This document shows positions 1 through 7,834 of a stretch of DNA of 16,607 nucleotides, piece after piece. Position 1 is the first letter of the stretch. Each line of letters opens with the position of its first letter. This DNA is from Bdellovibrionota bacterium. GTDB taxonomy: Bacteria; Bdellovibrionota; UBA1018; UBA923. The notes under the pieces are model-generated. The model made no database searches. It saw only the letters and a list, made by a program, of their open reading frames with translations, and was not told the DNA's origin. A program made the position numbers and the translations under genes. The DNA is taken from contig JBFMCE010000086.1 of the NCBI GenBank assembly GCA_040754655.1, positions 1 to 16,607 on the forward strand, given 5' to 3'.

Positions 1-1
1 G

Positions 2-337
2 CTCAAGCTCTATGCCCAGGCGAGCGCCGACCACAATCCGATTCATTTAGACGAAGCTGTAGCGAGGAAAGTGGGATTGCCTGGAGTCATCGCCCACGGG
101 ATGCTCACCATGGCTTTCATGGGAGAGTTCTTGTATCAAGCGCTGGGATCTCATGCTAAGACCGGTCGTATCGAAGAGATGAGCTGCAGGTTCAAAGCGA
201 TGACATTGCCCGGGGATGTGATCACAATCACGGGAGTGGTTCGCGATGTCATAGACGGCACAGCTCACTGTGACCTTGAGGCAAAGAAAGAAAGCGGCGA
301 GATCACGGCAACAGGGTTTGCGGTGCTGCGAGGATGA
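2..337 (+). CDS. MaoC-family (hotdog-fold) dehydratase, 5' partial
   Basis: Frame 2 is open from base 2: LKLYAQASADHNPIHLDEAVARKVGLPGVIAHGMLT. This matches the MaoC hydratase motif (YAxxSxDxNPIH...IAHGML) and is followed by RFKAMTLPGDVI. The ORF track start at 71 is internal. Confidence 0.9.
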   Translation, partial: LKLYAQASADHNPIHLDEAVARKVGLPGVIAHGMLTMAFMGEFLYQALGSHAKTGRIEEMSCRFKAMTLPGDVITITGVVRDVIDGTAHCDLEAKKESGEITATGFAVLRG

Positions 338-340
338 ATG

Positions 341-372
341 ATTGAGGCACCTCTCCCTAGAGTCGCCTCAAT
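341..372. terminator. Hairpin between convergent genes, possible bidirectional terminator
   Basis: ATTGAGGC (341-348) pairs with GCCTCAAT (365-372), with an inner CTCT-ccct-AGAG stem. It sits between the maoC stop and the 368..739 stop. No clear U-tract. Confidence 0.45.
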
Positions 373-739
373 TGCACTTCCAACCAGATCTCGGAGCAAG
401 GGCGCACTTAAACACCTCGATTCCGCCTTTGGTCAAAATCACCTGGTCATAGGCTCCGTTCGGCGCAAACATCTCGCCTTTGCAAAGCAAAGCTTCCTCT
501 TGCTCAATACCCATCACATAGTTTTTGAGGTCACTGCATTTTTTTGAATCAATGAGGATTTTCTTGAACTCTTCATGAGGATCGCCTCCTCCGTCTAATC
601 TCAGTGCATACAACGTAGGACCCGCGCCAGAGTGCGCCCCTACTTGAAACGACAACGTGCGATTGCCTCTAGTGCATCGAAAATCAACGGCGAACGCTTG
701 GCTGCAGGAAAGAAGGCCCAAGAGTAAAAGAAGTTTCAT
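368..739 (-). CDS. Small secreted hypothetical protein
   Basis: 123 aa. Clear signal peptide MKLLLLLGLLSCSQAFA, six Cys, purine-rich RBS (GGGGGAA) just upstream of ATG. No family recognised. Confidence 0.75.
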   Translation of the reverse strand: MKLLLLLGLLSCSQAFAVDFRCTRGNRTLSFQVGAHSGAGPTLYALRLDGGGDPHEEFKKILIDSKKCSDLKNYVMGIEQEEALLCKGEMFAPNGAYDQVILTKGGIEVFKCALAPRSGWKCN

Positions 740-818
740 ACATTCCCCCGTAAATTATCCCAAAGAATTTACTATCAGGGCTTTCAGACAAGCACAAACC
801 AGATCGCCAAAAACCTAA

Positions 819-1652
819 CTATCTCTCTTTCGGATCAAGCCAATCACGCAGGCCGTCGCCCAAGAACTGAAATGCCAGCATCGTGGCGAACAAGACGGCG
901 CCAGGAAACAAGATCAAATGAGGATAGCTGCGCATGCCGCGCCAACCTTCATTGGCGAGAGTACCCCAACTCGAATGAGGAGGTTGCAGGCCCAGGCCGA
1001 TGAAGCTCAAAAAGCTTTCTGAAATGATGCTGGCAGGAATTTGAAACGTGAGTGCAACAATGACGGGTCCCCAGATCATCGGCAGCACATGCCTCAGAAC
1101 AATTCGTTGTGATGAGAGTCCCATTGCGCGCGCGGCCTCGACATGAAGCATTTCTTTGACTTGCAGCACTTGGCCACGCACGAGCCTCGCGATGTTGATC
1201 CATCCGACGAAACTAAGGGCAAGTACGATCCCCCCAAGCCCATTGCCAATGATCACGGTCAAGAGCACCGCGAACAAGAGCGAAGGGAAAATATAAAACA
1301 TGTCTACAACGCGCATCATCAAACCGTCGACCCAACCCCCGACATAACCTGAGACTGCGCCGAAAAAAGTGCCGAAGAGCACGCTCACGAGAGCCGTCGC
1401 GATACCCACCGCCATGCTTACCCGTGCGCCATAGAGCACCCGGCTAAAAAGATCTCTACCCAAAGAATCGGTTCCCATTGGATGTTCTGCTGTAGGCCCA
1501 AACAACCGGTGCTCGATGTTTTGTTCTTCAAAAGAATAGGAAGTGACGTAAGGAGCCAGAATCGCTAACAGGCATACGAAAAGAACAAAAACTGCCGCGC
1601 CCACGGCAACTCTGTTCTTTAAAAATCGCTGCATTCCTCTCTGCATCGACAT
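819..1652 (-). CDS. oppC: Oligopeptide/dipeptide ABC transporter permease, OppC/DppC type
   Basis: HPMGTDSLGRDLFSRVLYGARVS, EAA loop EAARAMGLSSQRIVLRHVLP, ESFLSFIGLG, GDGLRDWLDP. ATG at 1652 has AGGAG upstream; the ORF track uses TTG at 1658. Confidence 0.95.
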   Translation of the reverse strand: MSMQRGMQRFLKNRVAVGAAVFVLFVCLLAILAPYVTSYSFEEQNIEHRLFGPTAEHPMGTDSLGRDLFSRVLYGARVSMAVGIATALVSVLFGTFFGAVSGYVGGWVDGLMMRVVDMFYIFPSLLFAVLLTVIIGNGLGGIVLALSFVGWINIARLVRGQVLQVKEMLHVEAARAMGLSSQRIVLRHVLPMIWGPVIVALTFQIPASIISESFLSFIGLGLQPPHSSWGTLANEGWRGMRSYPHLILFPGAVLFATMLAFQFLGDGLRDWLDPKER

Positions 1653-1658
1653 GGCCAA

Positions 1659-2582
1659 TCACTCCTGCAAACGAATCCGAGGATCAATCCAGGCGTACAT
1701 CAAATCCACGACGATGTTCGCCAAGATCACGAGAATCCCATAGACGATCGTAAGACCCATGATCAAGGTATAATCACGATCGGTCACTGCGCTGACAAAA
1801 TGTTTTCCCATCCCGGGAATCGCGAAAATCATCTCGACCACGAAAGAGCCCGTGATGATGGCTGCGGTCAAAGGTCCTAACAAGGTCACCACAGGCACGA
1901 GAGCGTTCTTCAAAGCGTGTTTGAAGACGACCTTAAATGTCGAAAGTCCTTTTGCTCGCGCCGTGCGCACGTAGTCGGTGTTCAATGTTTCAAGAAGACT
2001 TGCCCGAGTAAGGCGCGCAACCAAAGCAATTGGCCTGACGGAAAGCGTCGCTACAGGAAGTACCGCAGATGACCAACCCTCCCAAAGAGCGGGAGGCAAC
2101 CATTCCAGGTAAACACTGAAGACAAGAACCAAGATGCTGGCTAAAAGAAAATTCGGAAGAGAAACGCCTGCTATCGCAAGGAACATCGCTGAAAAATCGA
2201 TCCAGGAATTTTTTCGATAAGCCGCCATCACGCCAAGTGGAAGACCGATGAGAACCGACAAGAAGATCGAATAAAAACCCAAAAGTGCCGAAACCGGAAA
2301 CGAATCGTAGATGATCTCATCCACATTGCGCCCGCCAAGATAACGGTAGCTCGGTCCAAAATCTCCTTGAACGACGTTTGACACGTACTCGGCGTACTGT
2401 TTCCAAATAGGTTGATCAAAGCGGTACTTGGCTTCAAGATTCGCCTTCACTTCATCGGGCAGCGCTTTCTCTCCATCGAAAGGGCCGCCAGGGACGATCT
2501 TCATGATGAAAAACGTGATGGTCATCAGCGCAAAGAGCGTGGGCACGGCGATCATGATGCGCTTAAAGAGATAGACGATCAT
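1659..2582 (-). CDS. oppB: Oligopeptide/dipeptide ABC transporter permease, OppB/DppB type
   Basis: PGGPF, GDFGPSY, DYVRTARAKGLS...KHALKNAL, VEMIFAIPGMG, DLMYAWIDPRIR. Start ATG at 2582 forms an ATGA overlap with the upstream stop (2579-2581). Confidence 0.95.
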   Translation of the reverse strand: MIVYLFKRIMIAVPTLFALMTITFFIMKIVPGGPFDGEKALPDEVKANLEAKYRFDQPIWKQYAEYVSNVVQGDFGPSYRYLGGRNVDEIIYDSFPVSALLGFYSIFLSVLIGLPLGVMAAYRKNSWIDFSAMFLAIAGVSLPNFLLASILVLVFSVYLEWLPPALWEGWSSAVLPVATLSVRPIALVARLTRASLLETLNTDYVRTARAKGLSTFKVVFKHALKNALVPVVTLLGPLTAAIITGSFVVEMIFAIPGMGKHFVSAVTDRDYTLIMGLTIVYGILVILANIVVDLMYAWIDPRIRLQE

Positions 2583-3469
2583 AACTCTGGCAACTGAACC
2601 CATCCTGATTCAAGAGGAAGATCAGACCTGAATCCCATGACCCGTTCAAGGTCATACTGCATGGCGACCCAGGCGCAAAGAAATGAATCAAACGCCGAAA
2701 TATTGCTGATGAACTTTTTCAGATCACGCTCATAAATAAAGATATTCGATACTTCCGCAAGGCGCTCAAGGATTCGATTGCGAATTCCGGCCCCGCGTTC
2801 AAGATGTCGGTACGATAAAACTTCTTTTCGGGTCAATCGAAGAGACTTCTGCAGGTAATAGAGCGTTAGTTTAGGCCAAACCTCGATGAGCTGCATCGAA
2901 GCCCAATGCCTTTTAAGGTAGTTCATGCGGGCCGCCTGGGGAGCAAGGTTTGCCCCCATGGTTTCATCTTGGAAAAGATCTTCTTCTGGATGCTTGTAGC
3001 GGAAGTACAAATCAACGGGCCGCTGCCCATAAGGCGTGAAATGCTTGGTCTTTGAATTCTTTGCTTTCGCTTTCTGGAACTGATTTCGCATCCACTTCAC
3101 TTCAGTTCGTCTGCAAGTCTCGTAGCCTTGGCAACCTTCCTCACAACCCGACAGACACGGAGGCAGAGTCAATGGAGCGTCTACGGCGAAAACCTTCACT
3201 CCCGACTGCGGACGTCCTCCGACTTCGCCCGAAACCTCTTCTACTAAGGAGAGAAGCACCTGGTCACCAGTGAGATCGTCTTCCGCCCCGATGGAATCAA
3301 AGATGTCGACTACGAAGGCCTTTTCTTGTTTTCGATAGTAGTCGACCACCGTAAGACATGTGCGGTCAGACTTTGCGCCACCGAGGCTTAGCCCAAGATA
3401 TCGATCGACCGTTTGAATCGAAGAAGTTGACAGACGATCTGTGGCGCGAAGCCCGCATTTGGTCGACAT
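2579..3469 (-). CDS. DUF429-like protein, predicted RNase H-like fold nuclease
   Basis: Motif order typical of DUF429: YLGLSLGG..DRTCLTVV, FAVDAPLTLP, R-x-x-D (QRPVD), LIEVWPK, FDSFLCAWVA. Confidence 0.75.
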   Translation of the reverse strand: MSTKCGLRATDRLSTSSIQTVDRYLGLSLGGAKSDRTCLTVVDYYRKQEKAFVVDIFDSIGAEDDLTGDQVLLSLVEEVSGEVGGRPQSGVKVFAVDAPLTLPPCLSGCEEGCQGYETCRRTEVKWMRNQFQKAKAKNSKTKHFTPYGQRPVDLYFRYKHPEEDLFQDETMGANLAPQAARMNYLKRHWASMQLIEVWPKLTLYYLQKSLRLTRKEVLSYRHLERGAGIRNRILERLAEVSNIFIYERDLKKFISNISAFDSFLCAWVAMQYDLERVMGFRSDLPLESGWVQLPEL

Positions 3470-3472
3470 ACT

Positions 3473-4531
3473 TTAAGAGAGTTGACAACCCTCTTCAACA
3501 ACCTTGAAATCGATGATCTGAGCCCCGTCTGCTTTGAGGCGATCTGAGATCTTTGTTCTCTTCTCTTCGGGCGCCACCATGATGAAGCAACCTCCGCCAC
3601 CCGCTCCGCAAACCTTCGCGGCAAGGGCTCCCATCTCTTTTGATTTTTCGATGATGGAAAGCATCTCCTGGGTAGCAATCGTCGGCGCGAGTTTTTGCCT
3701 TGCTGACCACTCTTGACTGATTCCTTCTACGAACTTCTCAATCGACTGGCGCTCAAGCGCTTCTTCTACTCGATAAGTGGCCTTGACGATTTCTCCGAAC
3801 GCGCTTCGTATCGCCTTATCACCATCGATGAAGCCTTTATAAACCGCCCAATTATTGATGCCCGAATTGCGGGAATGACCGGTGTAGCAAAGAATGACGT
3901 GCTTCTCTATAAATGAAGCTTGTTTGTAAAAAACCTTGCGGTGCAGCCTGCCGGCGTCCATGCGAATGGCCTGCACGCCGCCAAACAAGGCCGACCAATA
4001 GTCTTGCACCCCTGCCGGCACATCGATCACCGTGGTCTCAAGGTCGCGAGCCACGCCAATCAATTCCTCGTCAGAGTAATTCGCAAGCGTGAGTTTTCTA
4101 AGAGCGCTGCACAAAGCGATGTTCAGGGCGCTAGAGCCACCAAGCCCTGCTCCGGCGGGAGCAGCGCACCTGGTGTTGATTTTCAACGGAGCTGAACGCC
4201 TCCACATCGAGAAGAAATGCCGGGTCACCCGTGCGTGCAACCAAAGGGCTCCTGGCAGGGCTGTCGCCTTGTGGCCTCCTTCAAAAGACTCTAAAAGCTC
4301 ACCATAAGACGCAAACGAATGAGAAACCTTGCGGTCTTCGCTACGGAATTGAATTGCAGGAGTATCGCCGATCTTGCTTTCGGCGCCCACCTCAATCTCG
4401 ACCTCCGCGAATTGATTGATCGCGCAATTGATCGTAGCGGTGTTTTCAAAGAATAAATAAAGCGGCCAAAGGTCTAAGGTTCCTCCCGCCAAATCAATGC
4501 GCGCGGGCGCTCTGGATCTAATGGTGGTCAT
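3473..4531 (-). CDS. GHMP-family sugar kinase (HddA / fucokinase-like)
   Basis: RAPARIDLAGGTLD, ATP loop PAGAGLGGSS, GVQDYW, KVCGAGGGGC. ATG at 4531 overlaps the hpt end; alternative TTG at 4537. Confidence 0.9.
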   Translation of the reverse strand: MTTIRSRAPARIDLAGGTLDLWPLYLFFENTATINCAINQFAEVEIEVGAESKIGDTPAIQFRSEDRKVSHSFASYGELLESFEGGHKATALPGALWLHARVTRHFFSMWRRSAPLKINTRCAAPAGAGLGGSSALNIALCSALRKLTLANYSDEELIGVARDLETTVIDVPAGVQDYWSALFGGVQAIRMDAGRLHRKVFYKQASFIEKHVILCYTGHSRNSGINNWAVYKGFIDGDKAIRSAFGEIVKATYRVEEALERQSIEKFVEGISQEWSARQKLAPTIATQEMLSIIEKSKEMGALAAKVCGAGGGGCFIMVAPEEKRTKISDRLKADGAQIIDFKVVEEGCQLS

Positions 4532-5054
4532 TTTCAATCACTCCGATATAGGGAAGCTGGCGGTACTTGCCTCCATGGTCAAGCCCGTACCCTACGACGA
4601 ATTCCTTTGCGATCTTGAAACCCACGTAGTCGATCTCGACATCGCACTTGAGGCATTCCGGCTTCACAAGAAGCGATGCGATCCTAAGGCTCGCGGGTTT
4701 GCGCGCCTTCAAGGTATTCACGAGATACTGCATCGTAAGACCCGTATCTACGATATCTTCGATGATCACGACGTGCTTGCCGTTCAACGGCTCTGTCATA
4801 TCAAGCGTGAGCTTCACTTCACCCGACGAAGTCGTCTTGCTGCCGTAACTTGAAACGCCCATGAACTCACAGCTCATCGGAAGATCGATCTGCCGGATGA
4901 GATCCGCGAAAAAAATGAACGAGCCTTTTAATACGCAGATCGCCGTGAGTTCTTTCCCGCGAAAATCAAACGCGATCTCGGTCGCCATGTCTTGAATGCG
5001 TTGTTTGATCTTTGATTCTGGAATCAGGACTCTGGGCATCATGAGCGATGACAT
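4518..5054 (-). CDS. hpt: Hypoxanthine phosphoribosyltransferase
   Basis: ICVLKGSFIFFADL, VSSYG, PRPP motif VIIEDIVDTGLT, FVVGYGLD..KYRQLPYIG. AGGAG RBS upstream. Confidence 0.97.
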   Translation of the reverse strand: MSSLMMPRVLIPESKIKQRIQDMATEIAFDFRGKELTAICVLKGSFIFFADLIRQIDLPMSCEFMGVSSYGSKTTSSGEVKLTLDMTEPLNGKHVVIIEDIVDTGLTMQYLVNTLKARKPASLRIASLLVKPECLKCDVEIDYVGFKIAKEFVVGYGLDHGGKYRQLPYIGVIENDHH

Positions 5055-5083
5055 AAATTCTCCTGTGCTTTGTACTAGGACCT

Positions 5084-5920
5084 TTAAACAAAAGAGTTGT
5101 TGAGCACTTCCCCAAACCCGCCGCCACCTGGCACGATGTACTGCTTTTCGTTGAGGCCTCTTTCTTTATTCCAATGCGTGCCGGGAATCGTTTCGAAAAT
5201 CTCAGCATCTGAAAGTCCCCGGTCAAGCCTAACAGCATAAATAATCAAATCAGGATGGCGGGACAAGACGTTCTTTAAATACTCCGGGGTCACGATCAAA
5301 TGAAGAGCGATATACTTCTTCGCAGGCCCCGGAAGCTCGTTCTTGTAAATATCCAAGGCCGAGACGATGGTGCTTCCTGTCGCGCCCATAGGGTCTGGGA
5401 ACAAGACGATCGCGTCTTTCACCCCTCCGCCAATCTTATGGCCTGCGACATTCGTGCCCACAACCCGCTCTTTAGAGTCAGTGGCTCGGTTAATGGAAAT
5501 ATGGTCTTGGCGAACCTGAGTGGGATTCAAAACATAATTCAAGGCATCATAACAAACATGTGAAGGAAGAGTGCCCGCACGCGCAAGGTTCACGGAAACC
5601 GTCGGCTGCTCAGAATCGATGAGCTCGCCTCGAAAGACGCCCTCTTTAGGGTGCATGAGTGACATTCGCGACTGCATCGCAACAGTTTTTCGAGGAAACT
5701 CGTTGTTGATAAGGGTCTTCACCAAATTTGAATAAATCGCCGCGATCAGCTGGTTGATCGTGGGTTGGTGGGTGTATTGACTGCAAAGCTGTGCAAGATG
5801 GGTGAGTAAAAAGGGATCAGAAAGAATGTGAACGTTGGCTCCGTAGCGGTGCTCGATCTCAGAGAGGCAATACTGGACCGAGCGATAAGGAAGATCTCCG
5901 CCGGGCGCCACGCTACTCAC
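5084..5920 (-). CDS. upp: Uracil phosphoribosyltransferase-like protein (long, divergent form)
   Basis: VNLARAG, PRPP motif [13 protein letters not shown]-terminal [16 protein letters not shown] resembling UPRTase LNxxGYIVPGLGDAGD. Start uncertain: GTG 5920 or 5911, or TTG 5941. Confidence 0.85.
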   Translation of the reverse strand: MSSVAPGGDLPYRSVQYCLSEIEHRYGANVHILSDPFLLTHLAQLCSQYTHQPTINQLIAAIYSNLVKTLINNEFPRKTVAMQSRMSLMHPKEGVFRGELIDSEQPTVSVNLARAGTLPSHVCYDALNYVLNPTQVRQDHISINRATDSKERVVGTNVAGHKIGGGVKDAIVLFPDPMGATGSTIVSALDIYKNELPGPAKKYIALHLIVTPEYLKNVLSRHPDLIIYAVRLDRGLSDAEIFETIPGTHWNKERGLNEKQYIVPGGGGFGEVLNNSFV

Positions 5921-6530
5921 GCTTGGGCTCCGAGACTTCAAAAAGCTCCAAATTAGGTTGCACGGTATCGCTCATGGGATCATGGCAAAACCGGCACCGC
6001 GCTTCGTACATTTCCTTACTGCCCACTGCGATGCGTTCAGAAGCCTCCACTACCCGCTGGGTGCGGCTTGCTGGTCCGCCGCAAGAAACGCAAATCGCGC
6101 TGAGCTTGGTCACGTACTCCGCAGTCGCCAATAACCTTGGCATCGGTTCAAACGGAACTCCGCGATAATCCATGTCGAGGCCGGCGATCACCACGCGAAT
6201 GCCTCGGTTCGCCAACTTTTGGCAAACTTCCACGATGTTCTCGTCAAAAAATTGAACTTCATCGATACCCACGACGCGCGTGTTGTCTTCGAGCATTTCA
6301 AGGATTTGCCAGGATCGGTCTATGGGCGCGGATTGGATCTTGGAGGCGTCATGACTTGTAACGTGGTCTTTTGAATAACGATTGTCGATGCTTGGTTTAA
6401 AACATTGAACTTTTTGACGCGCGATCTGAGCGCGCTTTAGCCGGCGAATGAGTTCTTCGGTCTTTCCGCTGAACATGCTGCCGCAAATGACTTCAATCCA
6501 TCCAGTATGCCGTGGGATGACGGTCATCAT
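5913..6530 (-). CDS. tdk: Thymidine kinase (TK1-like, type II)
   Basis: [21 protein letters not shown] (P-loop), [20 protein letters not shown], zinc ligands CVSC and CRFC. GGAGG RBS upstream. Confidence 0.97.
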   Translation of the reverse strand: MMTVIPRHTGWIEVICGSMFSGKTEELIRRLKRAQIARQKVQCFKPSIDNRYSKDHVTSHDASKIQSAPIDRSWQILEMLEDNTRVVGIDEVQFFDENIVEVCQKLANRGIRVVIAGLDMDYRGVPFEPMPRLLATAEYVTKLSAICVSCGGPASRTQRVVEASERIAVGSKEMYEARCRFCHDPMSDTVQPNLELFEVSEPKRE

Positions 6531-6557
6531 TCAAGCTACCTCCACCTTTTCCCCAAC

Positions 6558-6583
6558 AAATAAGGAATGGGTATACCTTATTT
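6558..6583. promoter_or_regulatory. Inverted repeat in the tdk leader (operator or hairpin)
   Basis: AAATAAGG (6558-6565) - N10 - CCTTATTT (6576-6583) in an AT-rich 73-bp intergenic gap upstream of the tdk RBS. Confidence 0.35.
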
Positions 6584-6603
6584 TTATACTTAAAAACAGC
6601 TCC

Positions 6604-7818
6604 CTATTTTGCGGAATCTCGATTGTTTCGGGTGGGCCAAAAGCAGTAAGAGGGCACTCCGGGAAGGGTGGGACCTGCCGCATCTCGACATCCCAGAAGC
6701 TTTCGTATTCCGGGATGCTGTGCAAAAATTCGATTGACTCGAAAAGAGACATTCGGATGGCTTGAGCTCAAGCCCGAGTTTGACTCGCGCAGCTCATCAT
6801 AATCATCCCTGCAAAGATCGCGAACCGTATTGAAAACCGCCGATCGCACTTGCGTCAGGGTAAACCTCGGAGCCGCCTCAGCGAGAATTTCGGCGACAAC
6901 ATGGGTTGCGGCCCAATCTGCGAAAATTTCCGAGAGCTTCCCCTTGGGTGAACATTCAGTCACTAGCGTTTCAAGAGGAGCGCCAAAGCAGCTCGCCAAG
7001 TCTTGGTACGAAAGAATATCAATCTTGTCTGAAATCAACTCGCAAGGGTCAATGGCGTGCGCAAGCTCGTGCGCAAGGGTGAATGCAAGGTTGAATTTGC
7101 TTTCAATCGTAAACAAAAGCGCACCGCCAATCCTGATACGCACCACGCCGTCGGATGTGCGCTCGTAATACACTTCGTTCCTTGTGAATAAATCACGTTC
7201 ATCAGAGTAAACCGATGCCGGAGGAGGCAGCTCAAGCCTCACCTTCTCTACTCGAGCGCGAAGAATTTGTTTTTCATATTCAGAGAGCGCCTGAAAAGGT
7301 TGCGAATCGATGAAATGGACCAGACCCGCCTTCGCCTTTTCAAACAGGTCGCGCAGCTTGCGGGTTCGTTCAGGGGTGTAGACTTGCTTTACGAGAAGCT
7401 CATCGATTTGTTGCGACGAAAGCTTCTTGTTCGAACGAATGATGTTTTCATAGATGCGCAGAACTTCGACTTCGCCTTCTTCATCACGACGCACGTTTCC
7501 GGTCGGGTCTTCCAGCGAGGCCAACGCGCAAACATAGGTGTGCAAATCAACGCAAGGGCTGATCTTCATTCGAGTTTCAAGCTCATGAGGAGCGATTGGG
7601 CCTAGCGGCGGATGAGAAGAAACCGAAGAAAGAAGCACCGGAAGCTGAACTGGACGCGGGCGGAACAAGGTCCATTCCAAAATCAATACCCCTAGCCCAC
7701 CCGCAAGCGCTGTGAGCACGGGAATCAACATTCGACGTCGAATCTTGCGATTCACCCGAAAGGAAAACAGCCTTTGAAGAAAGCTTCTCAAGCGCTTCCA
7801 ACCACGACCTAGCATCAA
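6604..7818 (-). CDS. Membrane-anchored zinc metallopeptidase (gluzincin, M13/neprilysin-like)
   Basis: Basic N-terminus then one TM segment. SPCVDLHTYVC; HELAHAID (HExxH, 7057-7071); downstream SEIFAD (ExxAD, third ligand); SHPNVSFRVN; terminal GC...CFW. Start codon uncertain. Confidence 0.75.
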   Translation of the reverse strand: MMLGRGWKRLRSFLQRLFSFRVNRKIRRRMLIPVLTALAGGLGVLILEWTLFRPRPVQLPVLLSSVSSHPPLGPIAPHELETRMKISPCVDLHTYVCALASLEDPTGNVRRDEEGEVEVLRIYENIIRSNKKLSSQQIDELLVKQVYTPERTRKLRDLFEKAKAGLVHFIDSQPFQALSEYEKQILRARVEKVRLELPPPASVYSDERDLFTRNEVYYERTSDGVVRIRIGGALLFTIESKFNLAFTLAHELAHAIDPCELISDKIDILSYQDLASCFGAPLETLVTECSPKGKLSEIFADWAATHVVAEILAEAAPRFTLTQVRSAVFNTVRDLCRDDYDELRESNSGLSSSHPNVSFRVNRIFAQHPGIRKLLGCRDAAGPTLPGVPSYCFWPTRNNRDSAK

Positions 7819-7834
7819 GCTTTAGGATAGCAGT

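Noticed and set aside
6531..6752. 73-aa - strand ORF ending next to the tdk start
   Set aside because: Overlaps the peptidase 3' end by about 150 bp out of frame and covers the tdk leader; no recognisable features.
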